A stretch of 64,000 nucleotides of DNA from Amoebophrya sp. A120 (lineage: Eukaryota > Protista > Dinoflagellata): assembly GCA_905178155.1 (NCBI GenBank), contig CAJINV010000003.1, forward strand, positions 4,956,830 to 5,020,829, written 5' to 3'. Shown here one piece after another: positions 59,162 through 64,000 of this stretch (position 1 is its first letter; every line of letters starts with the position of its first letter). Under the pieces are notes generated by a model that was not told where the DNA came from, did no database searches, and was given only the letters and a program-made list of their open reading frames with translations. The translations under genes and the position numbers were made by a program.

Positions 59162-61120
59162 TCCCGTCCGCCACCACAGCGAGAAGTCGAAAAACTTCCG
59201 CCGCCAGTGCCTGGCTCTCTGCGTCGTCTTCCCAGCGCACCATCGCCACGGAGAATTCCTTGTGGAAGTGAAAAGCAGACGAGAGCAGCTAGTACCAAAT
59301 ATAGCCGCCGGGGCGGGGGTAGTGAGGTCGTGGGCGTTTTTTTGCCGACCGCAGCTTTGGCCGCGGCTTTGCTTTTTATGGGCTCGCCATACCAGCGCGA
59401 GTAACGTTATGCCGCACGGTATGGCGGCCACTTGGGAAACGGTGCAAATTTTGGCAAATTCCCGAAATTCCTTTCCGAAAGCCAGCCCCCATGCTACGGG
59501 GCCGATCCGGGTGCCACGGGGGGCGCCCAAAAACCGAAGAAAAATCGAGCCCCTAGCATGCGGATTGGCTTTGCGCGTGCGGGCCGCTTTTTCTTTTTCG
59601 CGTTTTTATTTTTCACGCCGGAGCTTTTTGCAAAGCTTCCCAGGCTCTGAAACCGGCGAAAAGGCGGCCGCTTTCGCGGCCGCCCAAAATGCTCCGAAAT
59701 CGCGGCCGTGCCATGCTGTTTCGCTGTTCTGATTTTGGGCGCGTTTTTTGGGCGCCCCTTTTTGGGCGCCCCAAATCGCCAGAAACCAAGGGGGTGGGCG
59801 CCTCAGAAGGGCGCCCCTTTTGCCGGCTCCCCTGCGTCGTTTTATCAAGTGCGAATCGATAGTTTTCGACCGGGCTTGTTTGACGGCAAAGCCCCGGCCG
59901 CTTGATAATTGAAAATTTTTTCTGTCAAAAAACACTTCCACCCGCTTCAAAACTGCCGGCCGTTTTTCACGATAGGTGGCAAAAAAACTCCCCGGTTAGA
60001 ACCGTTCGGTGACCTCACTACATACTACATCGTCGAGCAGCACGCCTGCAACTACAGACACGAGCCCAACACCAACAAAACGAGAAGACAGCGAACGCTC
60101 TATTACACCAACACAAACACTAGCTCCCACAAAAGGTAGTAATTAATTTCGACGCTCGGTGTCGATCGTTGCAGTGCTGTTGTGTTTTGTCAAAAAGAAG
60201 AATGAAAATTAGACGCCACTCAACGCGATAGGAGATCCCCAGGCCAGACGTGAAAATCTCTCGACAACGCCCACTCGTGGGATTGAAAGGAATTGCTCAT
60301 TCTTGCTCCGCATCAGGCTCAAAAGAACGCAGAGTAGACAAACACAAGAAAATCCAGAAGGGCAACTGAAACTGATCTGACGAATAAATTTCAATCTGGT
60401 TGTGGTTTTATTAATTCGACCTATCGATAGAAGTCGTCGAGGTCCGACGTTACTCACAACGTACAGTCTTTATTGAGGTTCGAGTCACCTTTTTTTATCG
60501 CCGCGGTGCACCACAACCACTCGTGCTTTCGGTGGTCTTTTAGAGTAAACGAAGTTCAGCAAAAATAGCTTTTATTGGATGTGGCAGTATTTTACCAACA
60601 GCTTTGGAATTATAGCAAAGAGGCCGAGACAAGTCTCGCGTTTGACTCTCTGCTTAATCACAGAAAGCACGATGGAAAACCACCGCAGAAATCAGAAAAT
60701 AAATGGTGACGATCGACAGCAAAATATCGCGTCTATACAAGGGCATTCGCATAAGGAGTGGGGTTCCCCTCACAAAACCTTTTAGAGAAGATTCATAAGT
60801 AGAACAGCGGCGATACATAGAAATATGCCATTCTCTTAGTGTAAAGTGTAAAGATGAGTTCGAAGCTACCTTTCGCCAGTGGCGCTTGGCTTTTGTTGGT
60901 ACAACGATGCAGAAAATTATTCCAAAGAGTTTTGAAATACTAGCAATTATCGCAGAACCTTCCGCGAACTTCTTTTATTTTCTTTTATTCTTTTATTCTT
61001 AGTTTATCGGAAAAACTGCTCTTTCTTCAAGGCGTATACATTGACTTTAGATATCTTTCCTATCCCAAAATATTGCTTCGACTGCAAAACACCTGCAGAC
61101 ACTTCCAGCAAAAAACTTCT

Positions 61121-63733
61121 TTACTTTCGACGAGTCAGGCCACAAAAGATGATTCGCGTCCTCTCCTCCGCGGCGTCAATGGCTTTTTGAATGAAGGTCT
61201 CCAGCCGGTCCGGAAGCCCCGGCACTCGAGCCGCCGCAGCCTGGAGGCCATCGAATACCACGCTGCCTGTTTGATATTGGCGATTAGCTTGTTGCTATAA
61301 ATAGGACTCGCTCTACTTTTTGTTGAGCATTTTGCTTTTCTCTGAAAGCATTGGCGTTGCATGAAGAGTAATTATGCAGACAACCACGATCGAGCTAAAA
61401 ATCTCATACCTGCACTGATCGCGACGGCGAGCCGTTGTTCCTCCAGGTCTACGCAGTTGTTCGCGAAGTCGAGAAGGACGCTGTAGATCCAGGCCTGCAA
61501 CTGCGAATCTTGCATGGCCGCGCCAAATTGCAGCAGGAGCAGTTTGTTCATTTTCTTGATGCACTTGATCGCGAGGTGGTCCCCAATGTCCTGCTCTTTG
61601 ATCGTGAAGGACAGCAGCATCTGGTAGGCCAGGACCGGCGAGAAGTGAAAGACCGTCTGCAACAACTGCACGGTGCACAGGTTCACCTGCTCTAGCAACT
61701 GCGTCTCACGCTTCCATGCGGTCGACTTCGTCAGGGTCACCAACAAACAGTGCAGCAGCGACCGCAGCACCTCTTGAGGAGCCCGGATCTGGCCCGCAGC
61801 GGAGCTTGCACCTCCAACCGGCAGGGTCAGCTGTTCCACGAACCCCTTGGTGAGGGCGATCAAGTGTCCCGCGCACGGGGACGGAGGTTGGGGCGACGGA
61901 AAGTTCTTCTGCAGCAGCGCGACGAGCCGTCTCGCGAGGACGGCCTGATCCGTGCTGCCGACACTCGACGCGCCTCGTTTCTGCAGGGGGGCGCTCGTCG
62001 CGGAACTCGAGGGCACCAAAAGCTCGCTCCTTGTTGCTGTACCCTGCTTCGTCGTTGCACCCAGCTCCAGCAATTGCTCGTGCAGGCGCTGGGAACACTT
62101 GAAAAACTGCTCCACGTCCCGGTTCTGGGAATGGATATCGAGCTCTTCCAGCTCCCGCTCCAAAACGGATGACTCACACGCGCCACGCTTCTTCTCGCCC
62201 ACGCGCTCGTGCAGTTTTATCGCGACCTGCATCAAAATCAATTTACAATTTTCTCGTCGTAGAACAAAGGTCATAACATACATTGGCACGGCTGTTGCAA
62301 GAACATTTTGCTGCTTACATCTTCATTTTAGAACTGAAAAACTTTTTATCGACCTTCATCACCATCTACAATTCTTATTCTACCTGTGGCGCAATCGGCA
62401 TTAGAAATTCCAGTATTTGTGTGGTCAGTATCTGAACCTCCTCGGTAAAATCAAAGCTGCTGAGCAAGTGCTCGGCGACCCCCTGGAGCAGCCCGGGGCT
62501 GACCGTGCACGGCTTGCGGTCCAAATAACTCCGCATCAGCGCACGGACGATCGTGAACGACTGACACGACAATACCGCTTTGAGCTGTTAAGATTTTTGT
62601 TTTCCAAAGTGCTGATGCGCCAAGACCATGACAGGAGTCAGTGAGCATACATACGCATTCCTTTTCTTCGAGCATTTCAGTAAAAGTGATTTTTCGATAT
62701 CGATTGAACAAAAACCTTTTACCATGCCTGTGACGTCTTCACGACTAGCCTCCTGCATCTTGATTCCGTTATTCTGAATCGCGTCCAAGCAAGAAGTATC
62801 TTGCTGCGAAATCATTTCCGCAATCGTCGAATAGATTTTGCTTGGTCTCTCGTATTGGGGCGGGTAGGTCGTCTTCAGCCCCCGCAGCGACGGGCTCCCG
62901 AGAGAGGGTCCTCGCACCTTCTGAATGAAGCTAGGCCGTCCGCCGCTCGACGCCGGACTATGTCGAGCCTTCGGCGAGGCCAGCTGTGCCGGCCGCGGCG
63001 GTCGTTCCGGAACGCCCACCGGGTGTTGGTTGTAGTGTCTTCGTTGGTCCGCACGCTCCGAAAGGCGTGATGCGTTGTTGTTGGCGTTGTTTTCAGACAG
63101 CATGCTGCTGTTGTGTCGCTCGCGCGCTCCGACATTCTCTTTGTTTGCTTGATCCATTAATCCAGGGGCGGCAGCTTGCTCGACGCTCGTGTTCACCGAC
63201 GCCGATGCGTGCTGGGCCACGGGCCCCCGCGGGGGCGGGCCGTAGGTGGAGTGATTGCGGGCTAAATCGTGCCGGGCAATCCATTGGTCCACCTGCTGCA
63301 ACGCAAGACTGCCCGGCTTCACGTTCTTGCGAATGCAGTGGTAAAAGGTTTCGTAATCGAGACCGAGCATGAGCGTATGCAGGATGCCGAGGCCGAGCTT
63401 CTTCACCTCGGCGTTGCCCGAATTCTCCACCACCAGATTGGTCAAAATCACCACGTCCCGCTGGCTCTTCGCGAGAAGGAAGCAGAGGCGCGAGTCAACT
63501 TTCGTGCTGCTCGATGGTGGAACAAACGCAGTGGACCGGCTGGCTGCGGCTTCCTGCATCGGCGCCGGAGAAATCACCAGCAGGCTCTCCAGCTGCTCCA
63601 ACAGATCACAAACCGACTTCTTGTTTTTACTCGCGCACCCCCGCACCAGAGTCAACAAGACACTCTTCGGCAACTCGCTCCGCGGGTACAGTTGCACAAA
63701 GCCACGCAACACGGTGCACAGAGCGTCTCGCAC
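61121..63733 (-). CDS. CKAP5: XMAP215/ch-TOG/MOR1-family microtubule polymerase, C-terminal exons (5' end probably beyond the window)
   Basis: GCASKNKKSV (cf. GLxSKN), QLLEQVNLCTVQLL and LAIKCIKKMNK resemble the conserved CKAP5/MOR1 C-terminal region. Confidence 0.6.
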
Positions 63734-63944
63734 CTAATGCATCAGTGGTGAGAGAAGTGAAGTCATTTTGTTCATTTTGCAGCCACAACTACTACGCAAG
63801 CGTGCACGAAGAAAACAAGCTGCAAAACTCGTCTATACCACGTGCACAGGGTGATTAGACTTGGTGGAAGCGTCAACTGCGTTAATATTCAAAAAATCTA
63901 TATCAATAGCTAGTGCGAAGACATATAAAAGACAAGTATCCGCT

Positions 63945-64000
63945 ATTACAATGACTAATTACAATGACTAATTACAATGACTAATTACAATGACTAATTA
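63945..64000. repeat. 13-bp tandem repeat (ATTACAATGACTA)n, at least 4.3 copies, runs off the right edge
   Basis: Exact repeats visible to the end of the window. Confidence 0.95.

Noticed and set aside
1-64000. Long plus-strand ORFs (e.g. 32579-33673, 6795-7607, 18584-19306, 58229-58939)
   Set aside because: They are antisense shadows of GC-rich minus-strand exons and have no recognisable motifs.

Overview
Gene-dense, intron-containing eukaryotic DNA. All ~17 recognisable protein-coding genes lie on the minus strand in one co-oriented block. That arrangement, the many non-canonical introns and the dinoflagellate-type cold-shock proteins suggest a syndinian dinoflagellate such as Amoebophrya (inference; no search run). 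Genes recognised by eye from motifs, in window order: a SET-domain fragment, two paralogous Cys-rich secreted proteins, a multi-C2H2 zinc-finger protein, a transmembrane RING-H2 ligase, a possible CtIP/Sae2-like protein, a large AEP/PrimPol-like + beta-helix gene, a cold-shock-domain protein, IQCH, an OTU deubiquitinase, a coiled-coil protein, casein kinase 1, a cold-shock + KH-like protein, a MAPK apparently fused to PH and HAD domains, and the C-terminal part of XMAP215/CKAP5. The main signal is about 16 short (209-322 bp) MITE-like elements from several families. Intact copies have TAT...ATA terminal inverted repeats and a 5-bp target-site duplication (TSD); older copies are degraded. All sit inside coding sequence. 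Removing element plus one TSD restores the frame in each case, often through a catalytic motif, so they are transposon-derived introns (introners). Most have no possible GT-AG boundary. Exon structures were reconstructed by hand and need RNA-seq confirmation.
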